Source: an uncultured Planctomycetales bacterium (GTDB taxonomy: Bacteria; Planctomycetota; Phycisphaerae; UBA1845; Fen-1342). Taken from it: 64,000 nt of DNA. Within the stretch, counting starts at the first letter, position 1; each line of letters starts with the position of its first letter. Positions 29,024 through 39,431 of the stretch are shown piece after piece. The position numbers and the translations under genes were made by a program. The DNA lies in the NCBI GenBank assembly GCA_964465125.1, contig CAYXIO010000010.1, positions 9,244 through 73,243 of the forward strand. Direction: 5' to 3'. A model generated the notes under the pieces. It did not search any database. It saw only the letters and a list, made by a program, of their open reading frames with translations, and was not told the origin of the DNA.

Positions 29024-29518
29024 GTGTCATCCTCATCGTCCAACACGCTCGTCAGCGGTGCGGAAATCGACGCCGCGCTGGGCGAGGCCGCGGCCAACCC
29101 GGCTGCCATTCCAAGCCTGGATGCCGGCGCGACGACGCCGGTGGTCCCGGTGCCGGTCGAAGCCGCGCCGCGGCCGCATGCACTCGCGGCGGAAGCACCG
29201 GCCCGCGGCGGCGGCGCCACTTCGTCGCCGCCCACTTCGGACGCGCCCGACGTCGCCGGCGTCGACTACGGCGAGCACGGGTTCATCTACCGGTCGATCG
29301 ATCTCGTTCTGTGGTTGGTCAACCGCCCGTTTCAATTCGCGACGCCGAACGTGCGCCGGCTGGTCGGCTTCGCGGCCCTGGTCACGATCGGGATGTCGTC
29401 GCTGGCGTTGTATCTGCTGCCGAAGCTGCTGCCGCCGCGCGACACGATTTCGGTGTTCAGGCAGCAGATCGCGGACGCGCGCGCCGGCGGGCCAGCCGCC
29501 ACGCCGCACGCCCCGTGA
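29024..29518 (+). CDS. Hypothetical protein with one or two TM segments
   Basis: GTG start. Disordered Ala/Pro-rich N-terminal half, then IDLVLWLVNRPF...LVGFAALVTIGMSSLALYLLP. The 3' end overlaps the convergent VTT gene by 62 nt. Confidence 0.35.
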   Translation: MSSSSSNTLVSGAEIDAALGEAAANPAAIPSLDAGATTPVVPVPVEAAPRPHALAAEAPARGGGATSSPPTSDAPDVAGVDYGEHGFIYRSIDLVLWLVNRPFQFATPNVRRLVGFAALVTIGMSSLALYLLPKLLPPRDTISVFRQQIADARAGGPAATPHAP

Positions 29519-30203
29519 ACCCAGCCAGCACCAGGCCGCCTTGGATCGCCAGAATCTGCCATTCGGTGAAGCTGAAGAACACCGCGCACGTGGCGAAGAT
29601 CACGTAGCGCGGCGTGCGGCCCAGGAGATAGGCCAGCCCGAAACGCAGGCGGGGGTAGCCGTGCAGAATCGCGAGCCAGCGCACGGCATCCACCGGAAGC
29701 GGGAAGAACGCGACGAGCGTCAGCACGCCGAACGGGGCGCGTTCGAACCAGCGCAACGCCCATTCGTAGGCCGGGGTTCGGCGCAGCCGCGCGCCCAGGC
29801 CGCCGCCGAAGCCGTAGGCAAGCAGGTGATACTCGCTCAGGTTGGCAACCGCGGTCGCCAGCGCGCCGAGCATGGCCACTGCGGCGACGTTCAACCCGGC
29901 GTGCGGCAGAAGTGCGTATTGCGGCGACGCGGCGAGCAGCACGATCCAGGCCGTGGGCAGCGGGACCAGCGTGTTGCACAAGCTCAGGTAGAAGCACATC
30001 AGCGCGACGATCACGCCGCGCATCGCGAGCGCGTCGTCGAACCGGTCCCAGCGTGCGGTGAGCCAGACCGTCAGCAGCGCGAGGCCGCCCAGCCAGACCA
30101 GGAACACGGCGAACCAGGCGCGCGTGTGCGGCAGGGCCCGGCCGCGCGCGGCGTCAGAGCCGTGACACACGGCCGCATCGATGCTCGGCTGAAGCTCAGT
30201 CAA
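29457..30203 (-). CDS. VTT-domain (DedA/TVP38-like) membrane protein
   Basis: FFPLPVDAVRWLAILHGYPRLRFGLAYLLGRTPRY resembles the VTT core. It overlaps the upstream ABC ATPase stop by 8 nt. Confidence 0.55.
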   Translation of the reverse strand: MTELQPSIDAAVCHGSDAARGRALPHTRAWFAVFLVWLGGLALLTVWLTARWDRFDDALAMRGVIVALMCFYLSLCNTLVPLPTAWIVLLAASPQYALLPHAGLNVAAVAMLGALATAVANLSEYHLLAYGFGGGLGARLRRTPAYEWALRWFERAPFGVLTLVAFFPLPVDAVRWLAILHGYPRLRFGLAYLLGRTPRYVIFATCAVFFSFTEWQILAIQGGLVLAGFTGRAAWRLARRRARPRSAA

Positions 30204-30870
30204 CGAAACGCCCGTCCCGCATGTGCCGCACGCGGTCGGCCTGTACCGCGAGCTGCTCGTTGTGCGTAATCATCACGATCGTCTGGCCGTCCCGGCGGTG
30301 AAACTCGGTCAGCAACTCCAGCACGCCGGCCGCATTGGCGGAATCGAGATTCCCGGTCGGCTCGTCGGCCAGCAGCAGCGCGGGACGGCCGATCACGGCG
30401 CGCGCCAGGGCGACCCGCTGCTGTTGCCCCACCGAAAGCTGGCCGGGTTTCTTGTGTTCGACGCCGGTGAGTCCGACGCGCGCGAGCATCTCCGTCACTT
30501 GTCCGTCCGCCGCCACGCCGCGCAGTTGCAGCGGCAGCGCGACATTGCGGCGGACGTTCAGCGTGCGCAGCAGATTGAAGCGCTGGAAGACGAAGCCGAG
30601 GGCCGCGCGGCGCAGGCGCGTGCGGCCAGCTTCGTCGAGCGCGGGGGCGTCGTGCCCGGCGATGCGCAGGGTTTGCGCCCGCGTCGGCGTGAGCATCAGC
30701 CCGAGGATGTTGAGCAGGGTCGTCTTGCCGCAGCCGGACGGTCCCATGATGACGACGAACTCGCCTCGGCGGACATGGAAATCCAGGCCGTGCAGCACCG
30801 GCTCCACGACGCCGCCGTGCGTGTAGGCGTGGTGCAGGTCGCGCACGTCGATCATCAGGTCAGCGGTCAT
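30196..30870 (-). CDS. ABC transporter ATP-binding protein, LolD/MacB type
   Basis: [38 protein letters not shown]. Confidence 0.88.
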   Translation of the reverse strand: MTADLMIDVRDLHHAYTHGGVVEPVLHGLDFHVRRGEFVVIMGPSGCGKTTLLNILGLMLTPTRAQTLRIAGHDAPALDEAGRTRLRRAALGFVFQRFNLLRTLNVRRNVALPLQLRGVAADGQVTEMLARVGLTGVEHKKPGQLSVGQQQRVALARAVIGRPALLLADEPTGNLDSANAAGVLELLTEFHRRDGQTIVMITHNEQLAVQADRVRHMRDGRFVD

Positions 30871-32036
30871 TCGGTGCTCAGGGCGACGGCGGGGTCAAGT
30901 CGGGCGGCGCGGTAGCCGGGATAGAGCGCGCTGAGGACGCCCCCGACGACGCCGATGACGATCGCGAGCGCGAGCGCGCGAAGCTCAAGTTCGACGGTCA
31001 GGAGCGGCTTGTAGAGCAGGAGACCGCCGCGGGCCGCGCAGGCGAGCGTAAGACCAAGCGCGACGCCGCCCAGCGAGATGAGCAGCGCTTCGTGTATCGC
31101 CAGTCGGATCAGCCCCGCGCGCCCGACGCCGAGGGCTTTGAGAACGCCGATTTCGCGCGTGCGTTCGATGATGGCCGTGTACATCGTCAGGAGGATGAAA
31201 AGGAAGCAGGCGACGAGGGCCACGCCGCTGGAGGCGTTCAGGTAGAGATTGACCTGCGCGAAGCTGTCGCGCAGCAGCCGCCCGTAGTCGCTTTTCAACT
31301 CGACGCGCACGTCGGTGCCCAGCTCGCGCTGGAAACGCTCGGCCGCGGCCAACGGGTCCAACCCCGGGCGGAGTTTGAGGAAGTACATGCTGGCGCTGGG
31401 CTCGCCGGAGACGACGATCTCGCGGAGCGTTTCGAGCGGGGCGAAGACGCGCCCGGCGACGCCGGCTTCGACGACGCCGACGATGCGGAAGGCCTGTCCC
31501 ATGATCTGGATTTCGTCGCCCGGGTGATAGTCCCCGACGCGCTGGAGGCGCTCGTCGATCACGAGTTCCCTGGGGAGCATGGGCCTCTGGCCCGTGCGAT
31601 CCGTCGGGTCTGCCGCAACGGAGGCGCCAAGCTCAAAGAGCCGGCCTTGCAAAACCCGCCGCGGGCCTAGAAACGCCGGCATCTGCCGCGGATCGACCCC
31701 GAACAGTCGCTGTTGCTGCCCACCCATCCGCACTTGTCCGAAGAACACGGGCACGACGTCCGCGGCCAATGGTCCGTGTTCATCGGCGGACCGGCGCAGG
31801 TGTTCTGCGTGTCCCCGGCGAAACGGGGCCCCGTTGGTGAAGATGACGTTCTCCTGGGCGGGCAGGACGACCAACTCGGCGTCAACGCTTTGCATGCGCT
31901 GATCGACCTCGGCGAGCGACCCGCTCGCCAAGCCGCGCGAGACGAGCATGAGCATGATGCCGATGCCCACGGCCAGCGCGCTGAGCAGGCTGCGGAGCTT
32001 GTGGTGCGTCAGGTTGGCCCAGGCGAGGGCAAACAC
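30867..32036 (-). CDS. FtsX-like (MacB/LolCE-type) ABC permease
   Basis: N-terminal TM segment, large periplasmic domain, then C-terminal FtsX 3-TM block (TREIGVLKALGVGRAGLIRL...). ATGA overlap with the downstream ATPase. It contains family A repeat copy A1. Confidence 0.8.
   Translation of the reverse strand: MFALAWANLTHHKLRSLLSALAVGIGIMLMLVSRGLASGSLAEVDQRMQSVDAELVVLPAQENVIFTNGAPFRRGHAEHLRRSADEHGPLAADVVPVFFGQVRMGGQQQRLFGVDPRQMPAFLGPRRVLQGRLFELGASVAADPTDRTGQRPMLPRELVIDERLQRVGDYHPGDEIQIMGQAFRIVGVVEAGVAGRVFAPLETLREIVVSGEPSASMYFLKLRPGLDPLAAAERFQRELGTDVRVELKSDYGRLLRDSFAQVNLYLNASSGVALVACFLFILLTMYTAIIERTREIGVLKALGVGRAGLIRLAIHEALLISLGGVALGLTLACAARGGLLLYKPLLTVELELRALALAIVIGVVGGVLSALYPGYRAARLDPAVALSTE
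31572..31599 (+). repeat. Family A repeat copy inside the permease CDS
   Basis: ggggagcatgggcctctggcccgtgcga. On the coding (minus) strand it is translated as RTGQRPMLP. Confidence 0.8.
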
Positions 32037-32414
32037 GGGCCGCAGTGTAAAGTTCAGCGTGTGAAGTTGAAAGCCGCTCGGCGGACGGCGCGCGGTGGAC
32101 GGGCGTCACCGGCCTACGTGGCGCATCGCGCGCGCGGCCCGTCTACGTTTGGGCCGTGCCGCCGCGCGCTTTAACGCCGCCGGTGCGCCGCGCGCCGCGC
32201 GAGCGGGCGACGGCTCCCGGCGTTTCCGCGTACGAAGTGCGTAAACCACGGATCGGCGGTGGGTTATGGACTGGCGCCGCCGCGGTGCGCACTTCGCAGG
32301 TTGGCCGCGGATCGTGGTAGACTGCCGCAACCGGTCACTAGCGCGGCCGGTATAAGGCGTGGGCGCGGAGATGCCGCGCGCCGTGCTCCACCCCGCGCGA
32401 ACCTGGAGAACGTC

Positions 32415-34094
32415 ATGGCGATTGGCGAAGCGCTTGTCGCGAAGGGTCTGATCACCGCCGAGCAACTCAAGCTGGCGCTGGCGGCCCGCACGTCGCCGAA
32501 CGAGCGGGTCGATCAAATCCTGTTGCGGCAACAACTTATCGCCGAGAAGGACCTGATCGCGGTCTTCAGCGAGCAGCTCATGATTCCGGTCGTCGAGCTG
32601 ACCGAGTCGGAGATCGATCGGGACTTGCTGGGCCTCATCCCGAGCCGGCTGGTCCATAAGTACTGCCTGATGCCGGTCGCCAAGAACGGGAAGGGCGTCC
32701 GCGTCGCGACCGCCGACCCGTACAACATGTACGCCCTCGACGAGGTCCGCACCTGCATCAACATGGCGGTCGAGCCGGTCCTCGCCACCAAGGCCGAGAT
32801 TCAGCGGATGATCCGCGTGTTCTACGGCGTGGGCGGGGACGTGATCCAGGAGATGGTGCAGGAGGCGGGGGAACTTGAGATTCTCGACGAGCACAAAGTC
32901 GAGTCGGAAGACCTCGACATTCAGATGGCCCAGGAAGCCTCGGTCATCAAGCTCGTCAACGAGATTCTCATCGAGGCGATCGACCAGCGGGCCAGCGACA
33001 TCCACTTCGAGCCGTTCGAGGGCGATTTCCAGGTGCGCTACCGCATCGACGGCGTGCTGCACATCGCCAACGTGCCCGCCGAAATCCGCAGGTTTCAGAA
33101 CGCCATCGTCAGCCGCATCAAAATCCTGTCCAACCTGAACATCGCCGAGCGGCGGCTGCCGCAGGACGGCGGCTTCAAGATCAAGGCCCACGGCCGCGAG
33201 ATCGACCTGCGCGTCAGCGTGATCGCGATGGCGTTCGGCGAGGGGATCGTCCTGCGTATCCTCGACCGCACGTCGGTCCGCCTGGAACTGAAGTCGCTGG
33301 GCATGGAGGGTCCGGCGCACGACACGTTCATGGACCTGATCAACCGTCCGCACGGCATTCTGCTGGTCACCGGACCAACCGGCTCGGGCAAGACCACGAC
33401 GCTGTACGGCGCGCTGCGGGCCATTGTCAGCCCCGAGCTGAAAATCCTGACGATTGAAGACCCGATCGAATACTACCTGGACGGCATCAACCAGACGCAG
33501 ATTCTGCCGAAGATCGGGCTCACGTTTGCGCGGGCCCTGCGGAGCTTTCTGCGGCACGACCCGGACGTGATCCTGGTCGGCGAAATTCGCGACAAAGAGA
33601 CCGCCGAAGTCGCGATCAACGCGTCGCTCACGGGCCACCTGGTCTTCAGTACGCTGCACACCAACGATGCCGTCACCGCCACGACGCGTCTGCTCGACAT
33701 GGGCGTCGAACCGTTCCTGGTCTCCAGCTCGCTCGAAGCGGTGCTCGCGCAGCGGCTCGTCCGCGTCATCTGCAAGCACTGCAAAGAGGAGTACGTCCAT
33801 GAGAACCCCGCGCAGCTTCCGCCGGATTTCGGCTACCAGCGCGGCGACCGGCTGTGGCGCGGCCGCGGGTGCAAGGAATGTCGCAACACGGGCTTCTCCG
33901 GCCGGCGGGCGCTCTTTGAGCTGCTGGTGATGACCGACGAGTTGCGGGAGATGGTCTTGCAGCAGGCGTCGGCGGCACAGCTTCAGAACACGGCCGTGCA
34001 GCACGGCCTGGTGCTGATGCGTGAAGCCGGCTGGGACCTCTGCCGCCGTGGGCTGACCACGCCGCAGGAGGTGCTGCGGGTGACGAAGGCGTAA
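32415..34094 (+). CDS. Type II/IV secretion ATPase (GspE/PilB family)
   Basis: GGAGA precedes ATG 32415. T2SSE_N-type N-terminus, Walker A GPTGSGKTTT, DPDVILVGEIRD, tetracysteine CKHCKEEY...CKECRNTGFSGR. Confidence 0.9.
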   Translation: MAIGEALVAKGLITAEQLKLALAARTSPNERVDQILLRQQLIAEKDLIAVFSEQLMIPVVELTESEIDRDLLGLIPSRLVHKYCLMPVAKNGKGVRVATADPYNMYALDEVRTCINMAVEPVLATKAEIQRMIRVFYGVGGDVIQEMVQEAGELEILDEHKVESEDLDIQMAQEASVIKLVNEILIEAIDQRASDIHFEPFEGDFQVRYRIDGVLHIANVPAEIRRFQNAIVSRIKILSNLNIAERRLPQDGGFKIKAHGREIDLRVSVIAMAFGEGIVLRILDRTSVRLELKSLGMEGPAHDTFMDLINRPHGILLVTGPTGSGKTTTLYGALRAIVSPELKILTIEDPIEYYLDGINQTQILPKIGLTFARALRSFLRHDPDVILVGEIRDKETAEVAINASLTGHLVFSTLHTNDAVTATTRLLDMGVEPFLVSSSLEAVLAQRLVRVICKHCKEEYVHENPAQLPPDFGYQRGDRLWRGRGCKECRNTGFSGRRALFELLVMTDELREMVLQQASAAQLQNTAVQHGLVLMREAGWDLCRRGLTTPQEVLRVTKA

Positions 34095-34130
34095 ACGAAA
34101 CGGGGAGCCGGCAACGCAGCGCCGGTGTCG

Positions 34131-34158
34131 TGGAGCACAGACGATTCGTCCGTGCGAG
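34131..34158. repeat. Family B repeat copy (hairpin) just after the pilB/gspE stop
   Basis: tggagcacagacgattcgtccgtgcgag, with imperfect arms gcacagacg/cgtccgtgc. Confidence 0.7.
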
Positions 34159-34244
34159 CGGAGCGTTCGGCCGCAACCTCTGGCCCCCGCTTCGTGGTTG
34201 GTACGCCCTTGACGGTCGCATATCATTCGTGCATACTAGAGCAT

Positions 34245-34442
34245 ATGAGAACGACCCTGAACATCGACGATGAATTGCTCGCGCGGGCGCGCAAACTGAG
34301 CGGAATCGATGAGAAGACCGCGCTCATACATGCCGGCCTGGAAGCCCTGGTTGCCCGTGAAGCGGCCCGGCGTTTGGCTGCGCTGGGGGGGGTCGCGCCG
34401 GCCCTGCGGATGCCGCGCCGCCGCCGACCGCGGAGCGCCTGA
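34245..34442 (+). CDS. vapB: Type II antitoxin, VapB-like
   Basis: MRTTLNIDDELLARARKLSGIDEKTALIHAGLEALV. Its stop overlaps the vapC ATG (TGATG). Confidence 0.8.
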   Translation: MRTTLNIDDELLARARKLSGIDEKTALIHAGLEALVAREAARRLAALGGVAPALRMPRRRRPRSA

Positions 34443-34801
34443 TGCTCGTCGACACGTCCGTCTGGGTCGCTCACCTGCGGCTGGGTCACGCCCGTCTGGC
34501 CGCGCTGCTGCGCGAACGCACGGTGTTGTGCCATCCGTTCGTCATCGGCGAACTGGCCTGCGGGACACTCCCGCGCCGGCGTGAAATCCTGGGTTTGCTC
34601 AGCACGCTGCCACAGGCCCCGGTCGCGGACCACGACGAAGTGCTAACGCTTGTCGAGCATGCGGGCCTCATGGGGTGCGGCGTGGGTTGGGTCGACATGC
34701 ACTTGCTGTGTTCGACCCTCCTGGCCCACACCGTCCTGTGGACTCTGGACCAGCGTCTGGCGCGGGCGGCGAGCGTGCTGGGGATTGAAGGCGCCGCGTA
34801 G
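34442..34801 (+). CDS. vapC: Type II toxin, PIN-domain VapC
   Basis: MLVDTSVWVAHLR..., ...PFVIGELACG..., ...GVGWVDMHLL. Confidence 0.82.
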   Translation: MLVDTSVWVAHLRLGHARLAALLRERTVLCHPFVIGELACGTLPRRREILGLLSTLPQAPVADHDEVLTLVEHAGLMGCGVGWVDMHLLCSTLLAHTVLWTLDQRLARAASVLGIEGAA

Positions 34802-34901
34802 CCGGGGACGGCGAATCCCGGCGCGCCGGGACCGCTTCGCTGTGTTGAATTCGCTCGCTTACGCTTCGCGGCTCTGATTCGGCCGGTGCGGAATCCGGCC
34901 G

Positions 34902-37010
<2,109 letters not shown>

Positions 37011-37145
37011 GCGCCCGATTATATGGGGAGAGCGTGGTGGCGGGCGCGCGACGACGTCCGCAGGTCGGAGGGACCGGCGTGTGTCCCCCGGGGGCGGCCG
37101 GATTCTGGATGCGTGTTGCGGTATAATGACAAGGAGGTCACGACG

Positions 37146-37700
37146 ATGGTTGTGAAAGCCCGCACATTCAGCCGCAGCGAGTACCACCGGCTCGCCGAGA
37201 CGGGCGTGCTGACCGAAGACGACCGGGTCGAGTTGCTTCAGGGGCGCATCAGCGCCATGTCACCGATTGGACCGTATCACAGCGGCGTTGTGAACTTCCT
37301 GATGGACTTCTTTAAGAATGCACTCGGCCGGCGTGCCGTGGTGTGTGTTCAGAACCCGCTCGCGGCGGAGGAGGACTCGGAACCGCAGCCGGACCTGATG
37401 CTGCTTGCGCCGCGGGAAGATTTCTACCGCCACGCGCACCCGACGCCGGCGGACGTGCTGCTGCTGATCGAGGTGGCGGAGGCGTCGCTCGAAGTGGACT
37501 GCGATTTCAAGGCCCGGTTGTACGCGCGCGTCGGCGTGACGGAGTACTGGGTGATCGACCTCGTTCGGCAGACGGTCATTGTCCACCGCCAGCCGGCTAG
37601 CGAGCGCTACGCCGACGTCACGACTCACAGGCGCGGAACACACGTCAGCCCGGTGGCGCTGCCCGACGTGCAGCTCACCACGGCGGATTGCTTCATCTGA
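37146..37700 (+). CDS. Uma2-family (DUF820) endonuclease
   Basis: AAGGAGG precedes the [12 protein letters not shown]...[35 protein letters not shown]. Confidence 0.75.
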   Translation: MVVKARTFSRSEYHRLAETGVLTEDDRVELLQGRISAMSPIGPYHSGVVNFLMDFFKNALGRRAVVCVQNPLAAEEDSEPQPDLMLLAPREDFYRHAHPTPADVLLLIEVAEASLEVDCDFKARLYARVGVTEYWVIDLVRQTVIVHRQPASERYADVTTHRRGTHVSPVALPDVQLTTADCFI

Positions 37701-37823
37701 CTCGAGTCCAGGCTGGCTGGCCGCTCGCGCTTTTGGAGCGCGGCGGCGTCGCGCCGGCACCGGACCGGGTGGCCACCGGCGCCCCTGGGTCGGGGTACCA
37801 GTTCGTTGCCGATCTGCCCGTGG

Positions 37824-39161
37824 CTACGCCCGTTCTTCCGGCATGTCGCTCAGCCGCGTAGCGGCGCGCTCGTAACGCTGCTTGAAATCCGCGGGCGACA
37901 GATGGGCCGCCGCCGCGAGCTTCGCGAGCATCATCGGGTTCTCCAGATCGCTGCGTTCGAGGCGAATCTGGTACGCCCGGCAGACCGCGTATTCGTCGGA
38001 CTTTGTATCGACCTGCCGCACGCGCGCACGGTTTGTCGCCGGGTCCATGATGTCGTTGAAATCCACCGTCGCGAGGTTGCCGTTGACCAGCGCGACGATC
38101 ACGCCGCTGGCCCGGGCCGTGGGTTCCATGAACAGCCGGATGCTGTGGAAACCCAGCGCGCGGCAGTACGCCATGTCGTGCGGCGTCGGATCCGCCGAGC
38201 GGAGTTCGTAGCCGATGTTGTGCGTCACGAGCGGCAGGCTCTCGCCGCGCGACTTGAAGCGGGCCTGCAATTCCTTCCGAATCAGCTCCAGGAGCGGAAC
38301 CTCGGCCAGCCGTACGTGCCCCGCCACGTCGACAGGGACTTCGCGACCGAGCAGGCGTTCGAGCTCCGCGCGGTCGCCCAGCCGATAGGCGAGCCCTTCG
38401 GCAATCACGGCCACGCCGTCGCAGCGGCCGGCCAAGGCCCGCTTGATGATGGCCCCTTCGAGCACATCGACGATCGCCTGCACCGTGCTGTGTTCGCTGA
38501 ATTCCTCGGGGATCAGCGTCACGGTCGCCCCGGCCGCCGCGCCGATCGACATCGCCAGCCAGCCTGCGCTGCGGCCCATGGCGTTGACGAGGTACCAGCG
38601 GCCGGTGGTCTGTGAGTCGGTCATCAGGTTCTTGAGGAGTTGGGCCCCGACCATGCGGGCGGTCGAGAAGCCGAAGGTCGGCTGGTTCTGCGGCAGAGGC
38701 AGGTCGTTGTCGATGGTCTTGGGCACGTGGACGATGCGGAGCTTGCCGCCGGCCGCCTCCGCCAGGAAGCGTGCGCTGAGCACGGTGTCGTCGCCGCCGA
38801 TCGTCAGCAGGCAGTTCACGCCCAGCTCGCGCATGCGGCCCAGGGCGAGGCCGACCTTCGCGGCGAGCGGTTCGGCGCGCTGCGTGGTTTTCAGCGCCTC
38901 CGGATCCAGCAGGTTGGTCCGGGCCGTGCGCAGAATCGAGCCGCCGTCGAAGTGGATGCGGGCCACGCGCGCGATCTCGAGGCGCGTGGTGTGCGTCGGC
39001 GGGTCAAACTCGTCGGCGACCAGGTGCCGGAAGCCGTCGTAGAAGCCGATGACCTCGAAGCCGCAGTTGATGGCCTGGATGGTGGCGGCGCCAATGACGG
39101 CGTTGATGCCGGGCGCCGGTCCGCCGCCGACGATGATGCCAAGTCTGCGATGCGTTGCCAT
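37824..39161 (-). CDS. 6-phosphofructokinase, PfkA family with GGDD motif (probably PPi-dependent)
   Basis: RLGIIVGGGPAPGINAVI, TIGGDDTVLSA (GGDD rather than GGDG), VPKTIDNDL. Confidence 0.8.
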   Translation of the reverse strand: MATHRRLGIIVGGGPAPGINAVIGAATIQAINCGFEVIGFYDGFRHLVADEFDPPTHTTRLEIARVARIHFDGGSILRTARTNLLDPEALKTTQRAEPLAAKVGLALGRMRELGVNCLLTIGGDDTVLSARFLAEAAGGKLRIVHVPKTIDNDLPLPQNQPTFGFSTARMVGAQLLKNLMTDSQTTGRWYLVNAMGRSAGWLAMSIGAAAGATVTLIPEEFSEHSTVQAIVDVLEGAIIKRALAGRCDGVAVIAEGLAYRLGDRAELERLLGREVPVDVAGHVRLAEVPLLELIRKELQARFKSRGESLPLVTHNIGYELRSADPTPHDMAYCRALGFHSIRLFMEPTARASGVIVALVNGNLATVDFNDIMDPATNRARVRQVDTKSDEYAVCRAYQIRLERSDLENPMMLAKLAAAAHLSPADFKQRYERAATRLSDMPEERA

Positions 39162-39431
39162 TTGCTTTGACCGTCTGCCAGCGCACGACCCCGGCCATCT
39201 GCTGATATCGGTCGGGTCCGCGAACTGGACGCAGCGCAGTATAGGAGCGCGGGGCGCGGTCTCCAACCGGCGGAGGGCGCGGTTTCCGCCGATCGCGCGG
39301 CTTGGTGCGGGACCGACCGCGAGCGATCCGCGCGAGTGGTGCAAAGACCGGTAATCCGAACGTGTTCCTTTCACGCGCGGCGCCGCCACGATCGCGCCTG
39401 CTGCGCCCTGTCCGACTCCGCGGCGTGTCGG

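Noticed and set aside
32106-34226. 706-aa minus-strand ORF
   Set aside because: It is antisense to the GspE/PilB ATPase gene.
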